A stretch of 64,000 nt of DNA, taken from NCBI GenBank assembly GCA_900552555.1, contig URZW01000002.1:82002-146001 (forward strand). Direction: 5' to 3'. Under the pieces are notes generated by a model that was not told the DNA's origin, searched no databases, and saw only the letters and a program-made list of their open reading frames with translations. The DNA comes from an uncultured Clostridium sp. (GTDB lineage Bacteria > Bacillota > Clostridia > TANB77 > CAG-508). Positions 37,259-46,128 of this stretch are shown here, in pieces. A program made the position numbers and the translations under genes. Within the stretch, counting starts at the first letter, position 1, and every line of letters begins with the position of its first letter.

Positions 37259-37537
37259 ATGGAAGAATTCAAAAAAGAACAATTAATAAAAGAAAAAAGT
37301 GAACTAGATAAAGAATTAGAATTAATTAGAAATATAATAAAAACAAGAGAAGAATTAAAAAATGACAATAAAAATTTTGAATTTGCAGAAATGGAATTAG
37401 TAGATTATTATATATATCATATAAAAGCAAATCAAGCAAAATTAGATTATTTAATAAAATTAGCAAAAGTAAATGGAATTACAATAGATAGAATAAACAA
37501 AATAAAATATGAAAATTATGATGAAGAAATAGGGTAA
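37259..37537 (+). CDS. Hypothetical small coiled-coil protein
   Basis: RBS GGAGAG. No recognisable family. Confidence 0.35.
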   Translation: MEEFKKEQLIKEKSELDKELELIRNIIKTREELKNDNKNFEFAEMELVDYYIYHIKANQAKLDYLIKLAKVNGITIDRINKIKYENYDEEIG

Positions 37538-37652
37538 GAGGTAACAATATTTATTCCAGATAATAACAATAAAGATAATTATAAAAATAAAATATAAATG
37601 AATATTTGTCCATATTTATTCATACAAATGTATAAATAAAGTTTGAAGAGGG

Positions 37653-37916
37653 ATGAGTATGGATACAAATATAATTACATATTTAGCATGCATATGTTTT
37701 TTATTTATTTTTGGTAGAATTTTTATTGTGCCAATAACAAAGATTTTAAAACTTGTTATTAATTCTATTTTAGGTGGAGTAGCTATATTTTTAATAAATC
37801 TTGTTGGGGGATTGTGGGGATTCCATATAGGACTTAATATTTTTACAAGTATTTTAGTTGGCTTATTAGGATTGCCTGGAGCTGTGTGCTTGGTTATTCT
37901 AAAATTATTAATATAA
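37653..37916 (+). CDS. bofA: BofA-family small membrane protein (pro-sigma-K processing inhibitor-like)
   Basis: NSILGGVAIFLINLVG...LNIFTSILVGLLGLPGAVCLVILKLL matches the BofA pattern, including the conserved GLPG motif. Confidence 0.55.
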   Translation: MSMDTNIITYLACICFLFIFGRIFIVPITKILKLVINSILGGVAIFLINLVGGLWGFHIGLNIFTSILVGLLGLPGAVCLVILKLLI

Positions 37917-38025
37917 TAGATATATTTAATAAAACAGCAAATTATTATAACATCATAATAGTTTGCTGTTTTATCTTATGGAATCAAAATTCAAAAATTT
38001 TATACCATAACTATAGAGGGTTAGC

Positions 38026-39387
38026 TTAAAATTCTTGACAAGACAAATCTTCATCTGTACATTTAACTTCATATACATAAAAAGGAACAGATAAAGATGT
38101 CCCATCTAATAATGAAATCATTTTTGTATTCTGTGGTATTTTTACACTTTTTGCTGTTTTAGTACCGAATGTTTTATTTTCTGATAGCCTGTATAAGTAA
38201 TCAAATTTTATTAAATTATTTATATTTATTGATGAAAACATAGCCATACATCCATAACTAGAACAATCTGCAGTCCATGTATATAAGGTTATATATTTTC
38301 CCCAACACGCAGGATCTATCATTAATTTATTTAAATAGGAATTATCAGTATCACAATCAGCATAAGTTGTATAATTATTATCATATGCTTTTTCTGCTAA
38401 TGCATCTTCAGTCAATCCATCATCAGGTATCATAACTCCATTTAATGTTAAAGTTGGATAACCACCTTCTGTAGTTGTTACAGTTATTGTTGATGACTGT
38501 TTAGAATTTCCAGCTCTATCATATGCTTTAACATATACAGAGTAACTTGTCTTTTTAGTTAATCCTGTTACCTTAAAAATTTTTTGGCTTGACTCATATT
38601 TAGTATTGTTTACAAAAATTTCATACTTTTCAATTCCACTTTTTATACTAGTATCTGTTTCATCACCATCTTCAACATTTGCAACTACTGTAAATGCCGT
38701 TGATTTTATATTTTCTATACTAGGTGTGAAATCTTTAGGCGCAACGGTATCAATTTTTTCAATAACTATATCCTTTGTAGTTTCAATATTATCATTATCT
38801 ACTATCTTAAAAGTATATGTTCCATTTGCTGTGACTTTATAATCAAATCCAACTTCTGTTTGACCATTTGCCAATAATTTATCATTATCATTTGGGTATT
38901 CAATAGTTTTTATTCCTTTAGAATTTTTAATTTTTATTAATATTTTAACCTCGTTTTTATTAGTATAACCTTCTGGATCTGTGGTATATGTAACAATAGT
39001 TTCATTAGCTATTCCAACATATGAAATAACAAAATTAGAATCTATATTAAATTCATAATTATTGCATATTACCTTAACTGGAAAATTTGAAGTATCCCTA
39101 ACATCTATTTCATCATTATTTATTTTAGGTAAATCTTCTTTTTTCAAGTTCTCACCATTTCCTTCTTGTTCAATTTGCAAAGTTGATATAGCTAATTCCA
39201 ATTTTTCTTTAGCTTCTGATATTGAATATTTTTCTTTTGATTTTTTCACTCTAGCAAATAATCCATTTTCTCCCATTAATGTTGAAATTGTTATCCCAGA
39301 AAGAATTAACAAGATAATAATTGTAACAACCAACGAGACCAAAGTAATACCTTTCAAAGACTTTAAATTCGTTTTTAAATTTTTCAT
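38026..39387 (-). CDS. Pilin-like large surface adhesin-like protein, paralog B (intact). Non-canonical prepilin-like N-terminus, FN3-like domain, Cys-containing C-terminal domain
   Basis: MKNLKTNLKSLKG|ITLVSLVVTIIILLILSGITI. FN3-like YSVYVKAYDRAGNSKQS. RBS GGAGGA. Confidence 0.6.
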   Translation of the reverse strand: MKNLKTNLKSLKGITLVSLVVTIIILLILSGITISTLMGENGLFARVKKSKEKYSISEAKEKLELAISTLQIEQEGNGENLKKEDLPKINNDEIDVRDTSNFPVKVICNNYEFNIDSNFVISYVGIANETIVTYTTDPEGYTNKNEVKILIKIKNSKGIKTIEYPNDNDKLLANGQTEVGFDYKVTANGTYTFKIVDNDNIETTKDIVIEKIDTVAPKDFTPSIENIKSTAFTVVANVEDGDETDTSIKSGIEKYEIFVNNTKYESSQKIFKVTGLTKKTSYSVYVKAYDRAGNSKQSSTITVTTTEGGYPTLTLNGVMIPDDGLTEDALAEKAYDNNYTTYADCDTDNSYLNKLMIDPACWGKYITLYTWTADCSSYGCMAMFSSININNLIKFDYLYRLSENKTFGTKTAKSVKIPQNTKMISLLDGTSLSVPFYVYEVKCTDEDLSCQEF

Positions 39388-39568
39388 TTCAAAAATCCTC
39401 CTTCTTCTTTAGTTTAAAGCTTTTTTATTGTTTTTTTAAAATTAAAAGACTATTATATCAATATACTTTTGAAAAATTTTTTCATCAAAAACAGCGAGAG
39501 AGGCTCGCTCTTTTTGAAAGATTTTATCATACAATAAAAAAGTAGTCAATGAAGTTAGGAGAAAAACA

Positions 39569-39808
39569 TTGAAAAAGTATGAAAATAAAAATAATGTTAT
39601 AGGAAATCTAATAAAAGAATATAGAGAAAATTCGAAATTATCTAAAACGGAAGTTAGTAGACAACTACAATTACATGCTGTTTATATTGATCGCACGGAA
39701 TTAAATAGAATGGAAGAAGGGAGAATGATTGTAAAAGATTTTGAACTTATTGCTTTATGCAAAGTACTAAAAATTCCATTTGAAAAATTATCATACCTCA
39801 TAGAATAA
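39569..39808 (+). CDS. XRE-family HTH regulator, divergent from adhesin-like gene B (TTG start)
   Basis: HTH_3-like LSKTEVSRQLQLHAVYIDRTE. RBS AGGAGA, then 6 nt to TTG. Confidence 0.6.
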   Translation: MKKYENKNNVIGNLIKEYRENSKLSKTEVSRQLQLHAVYIDRTELNRMEEGRMIVKDFELIALCKVLKIPFEKLSYLIE

Positions 39809-39843
39809 ATGAAATTTTATAGGGCTTATATTAATTAAAAAAA

Positions 39844-39870
39844 GGGATTGAAGACCAGGCCCCTAATCCC
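39844..39870. repeat. Intergenic repeat family C (GGGATTGAAGRCCWGGCCCCYAATCCC)
   Basis: Palindromic GGGATT...AATCCC. Matches the reverse complement of 63651-63679. Confidence 0.65.
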
Positions 39871-39915
39871 GAAAAAAAACAGGAAATAAGACATACGTCC
39901 TCAATCCTGTTTTTT

Positions 39916-41757
39916 TTATTCAACTGTAACTGATTTTGCTAAGTTTCTAGGCTTATCAACATCCAAACCTTTTTCCTTAGAAATATGATAAGCAAGTAAT
40001 TGTAATGGAACAATTGATAAAATAGGGGAAACAAAACAATTTGTTTCAGGGATATCAATTACAACATCAAACATACTCTTATCAATATCTTGGTTAGAAA
40101 TAACCAAAGTTTTAGCACCACGAGTAATAACTTCTTGAATATTACTTACAGTCTTTTTAACCAAATCTTTATCAGTCATAATACTAATAACAGTAACACC
40201 ATTTTCAATTAAAGCAATAGGACCATGTTTCAATTCACCAGCTGCATAACTTTCAGAATGAATATAAGAAATCTCCTTTAATTTCAAAGAACCTTCTCTT
40301 GCAACTGTCTCATCAATACCTCTACCCAAGAAAAATATATCTTTTTCTTGATAAATCTGCTTAGCAAATTCTTCAATTTTTTCATCACATTTTAAAACTT
40401 CTTCTATTTTTTTAGGTAATTCTAAAATATTTTTCTTAATATCAACTAATAAACTTTCATCAGCAGTTTCAAGGATTTCTGCAAAATAAATTGCTAAGAT
40501 AGTCATTAAAACAACTTGAGAAGTATATGCTTTTGTAGAAGCAACAGCAATTTCTGGACCAGCATGTGTATAAACTGAATAATCTGCTTCTCTTGTTATA
40601 GAACTTCCAATAACATTAGTAATTGCAATAGTTTTAGCACCTTTTTCTTTTGATAATTTTAATGCTGCTATTGTATCAGCTGTTTCACCAGACTGAGACA
40701 AGAAAATACATAAAGTTTTATCATCTACAATTGGGTCTCTATATCTAAATTCTGAAGCAATATCAACTTCTGTAGGAATTCTACAAAGTTTTTCAATTGA
40801 ATTTTTTCCTGTAAGTCCAGCGTGCATTGCTGTACCACAAGCTACAATATAAATTTTATTTAAGCTTGATAAATATTCTTTTGTGAATTTTAATTCATCA
40901 AATTCACATTTTGAATTTACATTTACTTTAGCACCTATTGTTTCTCTAATAGCAGTTGGTTGTTCAAAAATTTCTTTTAACATGAAATCGTCATAACCTT
41001 CTTTTTCTGCAGCTGTAGCATTCCATTCAATAGATTCAGTTTTCTTTTCAATTTCGTTTAAATCTTTATCATAAAATTTCGCAGAATCTTTTGTTAAAAC
41101 AACAAATTCTAAATCATTTAAAAGATAAAAATCTTTTGTGTAAGAAAGTATAGCTGGGATGTCTGAAGATAAATATTTTTCATCTTCACAAGTTCCTATA
41201 ACTAAGGGGCTATCTTTTCTCACAACTATCATATTATCTGGGTAAAAACTTGAAATAACTTCAAGTGCAAAACTTCCTTTTAAATCTAAACAAGCATTTC
41301 TTACTGCTCTTAAAAATTTCAAATTATCATTTTTTGTATCATTTGTAAAATAATAATGTATTAAGTTAGGGATAACTTCTGTATCTGTTTGAGAATAGAA
41401 TGTATATCCTTTTTCTGTTAAAAATTTTCTTAATTCATTGTAATTTTCAATAATTCCATTATGAACTACACTAAATGTTTTTGAATTATCTTGATGAGGG
41501 TGAGAGTTCTCCTTTGATGGCTTTCCGTGTGTTGCCCATCTTGTATGAGCAATACCAATAGTTCCTTCTAATTTATCAATTCCGTCTAAGTTTGATAAAT
41601 TTTTAACCCTTCCTTTATCTTTCATTATTGATAATCCATTTTTTTCGATTGTTGAAATACCAGCAGAGTCATATCCTCTGTATTCCAATCTTGTTAGCCC
41701 TGCTAAAAGTATAGGGCATGCTTTTTTTGTTCCAATGTAACCTACAATTCCACACAT
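39916..41757 (-). CDS. glmS: Glutamine--fructose-6-phosphate aminotransferase
   Basis: MCGIVGYIG N-terminal nucleophile plus two SIS domains. Confidence 0.95.
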   Translation of the reverse strand: MCGIVGYIGTKKACPILLAGLTRLEYRGYDSAGISTIEKNGLSIMKDKGRVKNLSNLDGIDKLEGTIGIAHTRWATHGKPSKENSHPHQDNSKTFSVVHNGIIENYNELRKFLTEKGYTFYSQTDTEVIPNLIHYYFTNDTKNDNLKFLRAVRNACLDLKGSFALEVISSFYPDNMIVVRKDSPLVIGTCEDEKYLSSDIPAILSYTKDFYLLNDLEFVVLTKDSAKFYDKDLNEIEKKTESIEWNATAAEKEGYDDFMLKEIFEQPTAIRETIGAKVNVNSKCEFDELKFTKEYLSSLNKIYIVACGTAMHAGLTGKNSIEKLCRIPTEVDIASEFRYRDPIVDDKTLCIFLSQSGETADTIAALKLSKEKGAKTIAITNVIGSSITREADYSVYTHAGPEIAVASTKAYTSQVVLMTILAIYFAEILETADESLLVDIKKNILELPKKIEEVLKCDEKIEEFAKQIYQEKDIFFLGRGIDETVAREGSLKLKEISYIHSESYAAGELKHGPIALIENGVTVISIMTDKDLVKKTVSNIQEVITRGAKTLVISNQDIDKSMFDVVIDIPETNCFVSPILSIVPLQLLAYHISKEKGLDVDKPRNLAKSVTVE

Positions 41758-41854
41758 ATTTTTAATCCTCCTAATATATTAAAATTAATTTTTAAAATAA
41801 AATTGATGCTTAATAATGTCAAAATTAATTATTTTAAAAATTGATGGAATTGAA

Positions 41855-42012
41855 AGTATGCAAACTTAAAATATTAACTTCTGTTCTAATATTACTATTA
41901 GTTTTTAAATTAATACTTATGACTTTAAGTAAAAGCCACTAGAGTATCCGCCGAATTTTTCGATAACTCTAGACCTCGTCAACCACATTAAATAGTGGTC
42001 CTGGCGCTTGAA
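41855..42012 (-). ncRNA. glmS ribozyme: glmS ribozyme (GlcN6P-responsive self-cleaving riboswitch) in the glmS 5' UTR
   Basis: Minus strand reads A|AGCGCCAGGACC...GACGAGG-UCUAGAG-UUAUCGAAAAAUUCGGCGGAU-ACUCUAG-UGGC. Conserved core matches the consensus, and P2 shows compensatory base changes. Confidence 0.85.
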
Positions 42013-42117
42013 AAATAACTCCTTTCTTGATATTTTTATGCATCTTTCAATTTTACTTTATTATATTACATCAAAATATATTTTGGTGCAAGTGTTTTTA
42101 ATTATTTTTAAAAAACA

Positions 42118-42160
42118 AAAATACAAGCTCCAAAAAGGAGCTTGTAAATGTTACACTTTC
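42118..42160 (-). terminator. Rho-independent terminator (CAAGCTCC...GGAGCTTG + U-rich) for the upstream zinc-ribbon gene
   Basis: 8-bp GC-rich stem followed by TATTTTTGTTTTTT on the minus strand. Confidence 0.7.
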
Positions 42161-42173
42161 CATTAAAAGTGAT

Positions 42174-43286
42174 TTATTCAATTAACTCTGCTGTACCTAA
42201 TGAAACTTTTAATTTAAAATCTTTATCAACATCAACTTTTTTCCAGTCATCAAAAGAAATTAAATAGGTTTTTTGCTTATCATTTACAATACCAGTTATT
42301 TGATATTGCTGCGATTTTGAACTTTCTCTTTCATCTGAAGCAAGATTTAAATTTCCCCAGTAAGGATTTTTATCTTTTCCAGATGTTTTTACACTACGTT
42401 CATAGAGCCATTTATCAATTTCATAATAATATTTTGTTTTATAAACCGGTTCTTCTCTATAAACTGGCTCTTTATAGTATTCAGTTTCATAATATGTTTC
42501 ATATATTGGCTCACTATGTTCTTCTTCTTCGAAGTATCCATTTCCTAAATCATTATAGGTATAGTAGGTATTATATCCTGTAATTCGTTCTTTGGAAACC
42601 TCTCTTGATTTGGTTTCGTAATGATCTAATACAGTGTCATAATGATGAATTTCTTGCACTGAATGCAATAGCCGTGCATTTTTGGGTAATAACCAGTCGT
42701 TTTCTTTGACTGTTTGATGTTTTTCAACATCAATTGTCCTATTCCAAGATACTTCAGTTACACTCATAGTAACTTCTTTAGGCTTTACCAAAGCAATAAT
42801 CCCAGTTATAAATAATGCTATAATAAGACCAAAAAAAATGTATCTAAATACAGAAGAGGATGCAAAAGACAAAAAATTGCTTTTTAGATTTTGCAAAGTG
42901 TTTTTTTTGGTTTCATTCTCAGGATTAAAAACTTTATCAGAGTTTGATTTTGTAGTAGAATTTTTTGAATCATTATTTAAGGTTTTCTTTTTTTGGATAT
43001 CAAAATAATTTTCATCACTTTCTGCTCTTGAAGCACCACAGCAAGTACAGGTATCATAATTATCAGAATTGTAGCTTTGGCAATAACTGCACATCCAGTC
43101 AGGATTTTTATTTATTTTTTTGGCTTTATCATCAGGAACATAATTATCCTTGATGTTTTTTGGTAAAGTAGCTTTGAAATCCTTATCCCTTTGCCGTCCA
43201 CAATTAGGACAACTTTGATATCTACCTAATATTTCTTCTGTCTTACAATATGGACATTTCCACCGTCCTTCAACTATTCTTCTCAT
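42174..43286 (-). CDS. Membrane protein with several N-terminal zinc-ribbon (CxxC) motifs, one TM, and an extracytoplasmic domain
   Basis: CPYCK...CPNCG, CSYCQ...CTCCG, TM FRYIFFGLIIALFITGIIALV. Start at the ATG at 43286 with RBS AAGGAGG. Confidence 0.5.
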   Translation of the reverse strand: MRRIVEGRWKCPYCKTEEILGRYQSCPNCGRQRDKDFKATLPKNIKDNYVPDDKAKKINKNPDWMCSYCQSYNSDNYDTCTCCGASRAESDENYFDIQKKKTLNNDSKNSTTKSNSDKVFNPENETKKNTLQNLKSNFLSFASSSVFRYIFFGLIIALFITGIIALVKPKEVTMSVTEVSWNRTIDVEKHQTVKENDWLLPKNARLLHSVQEIHHYDTVLDHYETKSREVSKERITGYNTYYTYNDLGNGYFEEEEHSEPIYETYYETEYYKEPVYREEPVYKTKYYYEIDKWLYERSVKTSGKDKNPYWGNLNLASDERESSKSQQYQITGIVNDKQKTYLISFDDWKKVDVDKDFKLKVSLGTAELIE

Positions 43287-43581
43287 AATGTTCCTCCTTT
43301 TGTTATTTTTTATAATTGTATAGTTTGAGTTAATTGATTTTTGCACAAAATGTTGCTTTATAAAAAATTATAACAGGTATATGAGATTATGTCAAATAAT
43401 TACTCAATATCAATAAGTTTTCTGGCATAAATAAAACATTTTCAAAAGTTATTACTTAAGACATTATCATAAATTAATCATAAGATTAGTCACAAATTTA
43501 TGAAATAGCATTGACAAAATTTACATAATGTGTTATTGTTTATTTGTCACAATAAATTTTTTAACAATAGGAGGTTTTAGC

Positions 43582-44058
43582 ATGGAAGAATACAAATTAT
43601 TTCATGTAACACGTAACTTAGCTAAACACGCATTTGAACTTGACGATGCTATTCATGGCTCACCATTGCACAAAGAAGTAACAGACTGGGCAGTAAAAAA
43701 ACCAGGGCTGTATGTTCAGCGGTTAACAGCTGAAAAACTGAGACTGGAAGCATTACTTTCGGATTTGCAGTATGTTATGAGATGCAAGAATATCCAAATG
43801 GAGCTGGAAAACAAACCATTTGATATGAATGAAGAAGACTGTGATGCTTATATATATCACAGATTTCATCATCGCTCGTTTTCATACGCAGAAAAAGTTA
43901 GTTTCTGGCTTCAGGAAAAGACCCCTGAAGATATCGATCTGATTGTTCCAAAGGCAAAAAGACAGTTAAATGCCTTAGTGGCGGCAATTCAGGATGTGAA
44001 TGTGAGTCTTGTAAGATATAGCAATTATTACGAGACAGCCAAAGAAACAGAAGGCTAA
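43582..44058 (+). CDS. Hypothetical protein encoded by a GC-rich (~40% GC) segment; probably horizontally acquired
   Basis: RBS AGGAGG. Codon usage (CTG, CAG, GCG) atypical for the surrounding ~28% GC DNA. Confidence 0.45.
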   Translation: MEEYKLFHVTRNLAKHAFELDDAIHGSPLHKEVTDWAVKKPGLYVQRLTAEKLRLEALLSDLQYVMRCKNIQMELENKPFDMNEEDCDAYIYHRFHHRSFSYAEKVSFWLQEKTPEDIDLIVPKAKRQLNALVAAIQDVNVSLVRYSNYYETAKETEG

Positions 44059-44078
44059 GTAGTTTAGCAACAAACCTC

Positions 44079-44110
44079 AAAGGTTCCCTATTTTTAGGGG
44101 ACCTTTTCTA
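44079..44110 (+). terminator. Rho-independent terminator (AAAGGTTCCC...GGGGACCTTT + TCT)
   Basis: Stem with one G-U pair after the GC-rich gene. Confidence 0.5.
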
Positions 44111-44229
44111 ATAATTTATCTTGATTTTATATCTACTAATAGGTTATAATAAATATGTAAAGAAGAACAGGAGAAAGGGATTAATCAATTATAGATTAAT
44201 ATTTCTATATATTGATTATGTAAAAAATA

Positions 44230-46017
44230 ATGTTTAACATAGAAGAAGAGTTAAAAAAACTACCGGGAAAACCTGGAGTATATGTAATGCACGACAAAGA
44301 CGACAATATAATCTATGTAGGAAAAGCAGTTTCATTAAAGAACAGAGTAAGGTCATATTTTAGAAAAACAAATAAGACCGAAAGAATCAAAAAAATGGTA
44401 AGTTTAATAGACCACTTTGAATACATAGTTGTTGACAATGAGGCAGAGGCATTGATTTTGGAATGTAACTTAATCAAGAAAAACAGACCCAAATTCAATG
44501 TTTTATTAAAAGATGACAAAACATATCCATATATAAAAATAGATGTAAAATCAGACTATCCAACTGTAGTTTTAACAAGAAGAGTTATAAATGATGGAGC
44601 AAAATATTTTGGACCATATGCAAATCCAGGTGCTGCTAAAGAAATGATAGATTTTATAAAACAAAAATATAAAATACGTCAATGTAGAAATTATCAAGGT
44701 AGAACAAGACCATGTCTAAATTATCACATAAAAAGATGTTTAGCACCATGTATGGGATATGTAACACCAGAAGAGTACAAAAAACAAATTGACGAAATAA
44801 TTGATTTGCTAGAAGGAAAAACAGATAAAATTTTAAAAGAACTAGACAAGCAAATGCAAGAAGCATCAGCAAAACTAGATTTTGAAAAAGCTGCAGAACT
44901 AAGAGATAGAAAATTAGCAATAGAAAGAGCATCATCAAAACAAAAAGTATCGAATATTTCAGAAAACAACATAGATGTTATAGGACTATATAAATCAGAA
45001 TTAGAAGTATGTATAGAAATTTTTTTTGTGCGTGGAAGTAAAATGATAGGAAGAGAACACTACTTTTTTACAGAATTAAAAGATATGGAAGATAGTGAAA
45101 TTTTATCAGGATTTATAAAACAATATTATTTAGAAAATCCAAACATACCAAGCAAAATAATGCTGAGAGAAGAATTGCCTGAAAAAGATGTAATAGAGAA
45201 ATGGTTATCCACAATGTTAGGAAAAAAAGTGGAACTTAAAAGCCCTAAAAAAGGCGAAAAACTAAGATTTGTAGAGATGGCAGAAAATAATGCAAAAGTT
45301 ACACTAGAAAACAAAGAAAAAGACAAATCAGAAATATTAATGGAACTAAAAGATGTACTAAAAATGGACAAATTACCACGAAAAATTGAAACATATGATA
45401 TATCAAATATCTCAGGAGAATTTATGGTTGCAGGAATGTGTGTAATGCAAGACGGAGTTATCAAGAAAAACTTATCAAGAAGATTTAAAATAAAGACAGT
45501 CTTAACACAAGATGACCCTAAATGTATGGAAGAAGTTGTAACAAGAAGATTAGCACATTCAATAGAAAACGAAGATAAAGGCTTTGGAAAACTACCAGAC
45601 GCAATATTTGCAGATGGTGGTATAACACAAATTAGAGCAATTAGGAATGCTATAAACAAATATGAAAACCAAGATATAAAAATATTTGGTATGGTTAAAA
45701 ACGACAAGCATCAAACTAGAGCATTAATAGACGAAAATAGAAATGAAATACCAATTTCAAAAAATCTTATGAATTTAATAACAAGATTCCAAGACACTGT
45801 ACATGATACAGCAATTACATATCACAGAAAATTGCGTGCTAAAGCAATTACTAAATCAGAGTTAGATGATATTGAGGGAATAGGTGAAGTTAAGAAAAGG
45901 GAATTACTTAAAAAGTTTGGAAGTGTTGAAAAAATAAAACAGGCTTCTAAAGAAGAATTAATGCAAGTAAAAGGTATAACAGAAAAAATAGTAAAACAAA
46001 TAAAAAAAAGAGATTAA
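44230..46017 (+). CDS. uvrC: Excinuclease ABC subunit C
   Basis: GIY-YIG N-terminus (KPGVYVMHDKDDNIIYVGKA), UvrC homology region, C-terminal HhH. Confidence 0.95.
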   Translation: MFNIEEELKKLPGKPGVYVMHDKDDNIIYVGKAVSLKNRVRSYFRKTNKTERIKKMVSLIDHFEYIVVDNEAEALILECNLIKKNRPKFNVLLKDDKTYPYIKIDVKSDYPTVVLTRRVINDGAKYFGPYANPGAAKEMIDFIKQKYKIRQCRNYQGRTRPCLNYHIKRCLAPCMGYVTPEEYKKQIDEIIDLLEGKTDKILKELDKQMQEASAKLDFEKAAELRDRKLAIERASSKQKVSNISENNIDVIGLYKSELEVCIEIFFVRGSKMIGREHYFFTELKDMEDSEILSGFIKQYYLENPNIPSKIMLREELPEKDVIEKWLSTMLGKKVELKSPKKGEKLRFVEMAENNAKVTLENKEKDKSEILMELKDVLKMDKLPRKIETYDISNISGEFMVAGMCVMQDGVIKKNLSRRFKIKTVLTQDDPKCMEEVVTRRLAHSIENEDKGFGKLPDAIFADGGITQIRAIRNAINKYENQDIKIFGMVKNDKHQTRALIDENRNEIPISKNLMNLITRFQDTVHDTAITYHRKLRAKAITKSELDDIEGIGEVKKRELLKKFGSVEKIKQASKEELMQVKGITEKIVKQIKKRD

Positions 46018-46021
46018 GCAA

Positions 46022-46128
46022 AAGTTGTCAAAAGGGACGCCCCTTTTTGACAACTTTTTATAAAATTTCAAAAGACAACTTTTTTGATAACTTTACTTGT
46101 CAAAAAAGGGCGTCCCTTTTGACAACTT
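46022..46128. repeat. Two family A palindromic repeats (46022-46058 and 46097-46128) between convergent uvrC and the GT39-like gene; probable bidirectional terminators
   Basis: AAGTTGTCAAAAGGGACGCCCCTTTTTGACAACTT and CTTGTCAAAAAAGGGCGTCCCTTTTGACAAC. The second overlaps the minus-strand stop. Confidence 0.7.
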
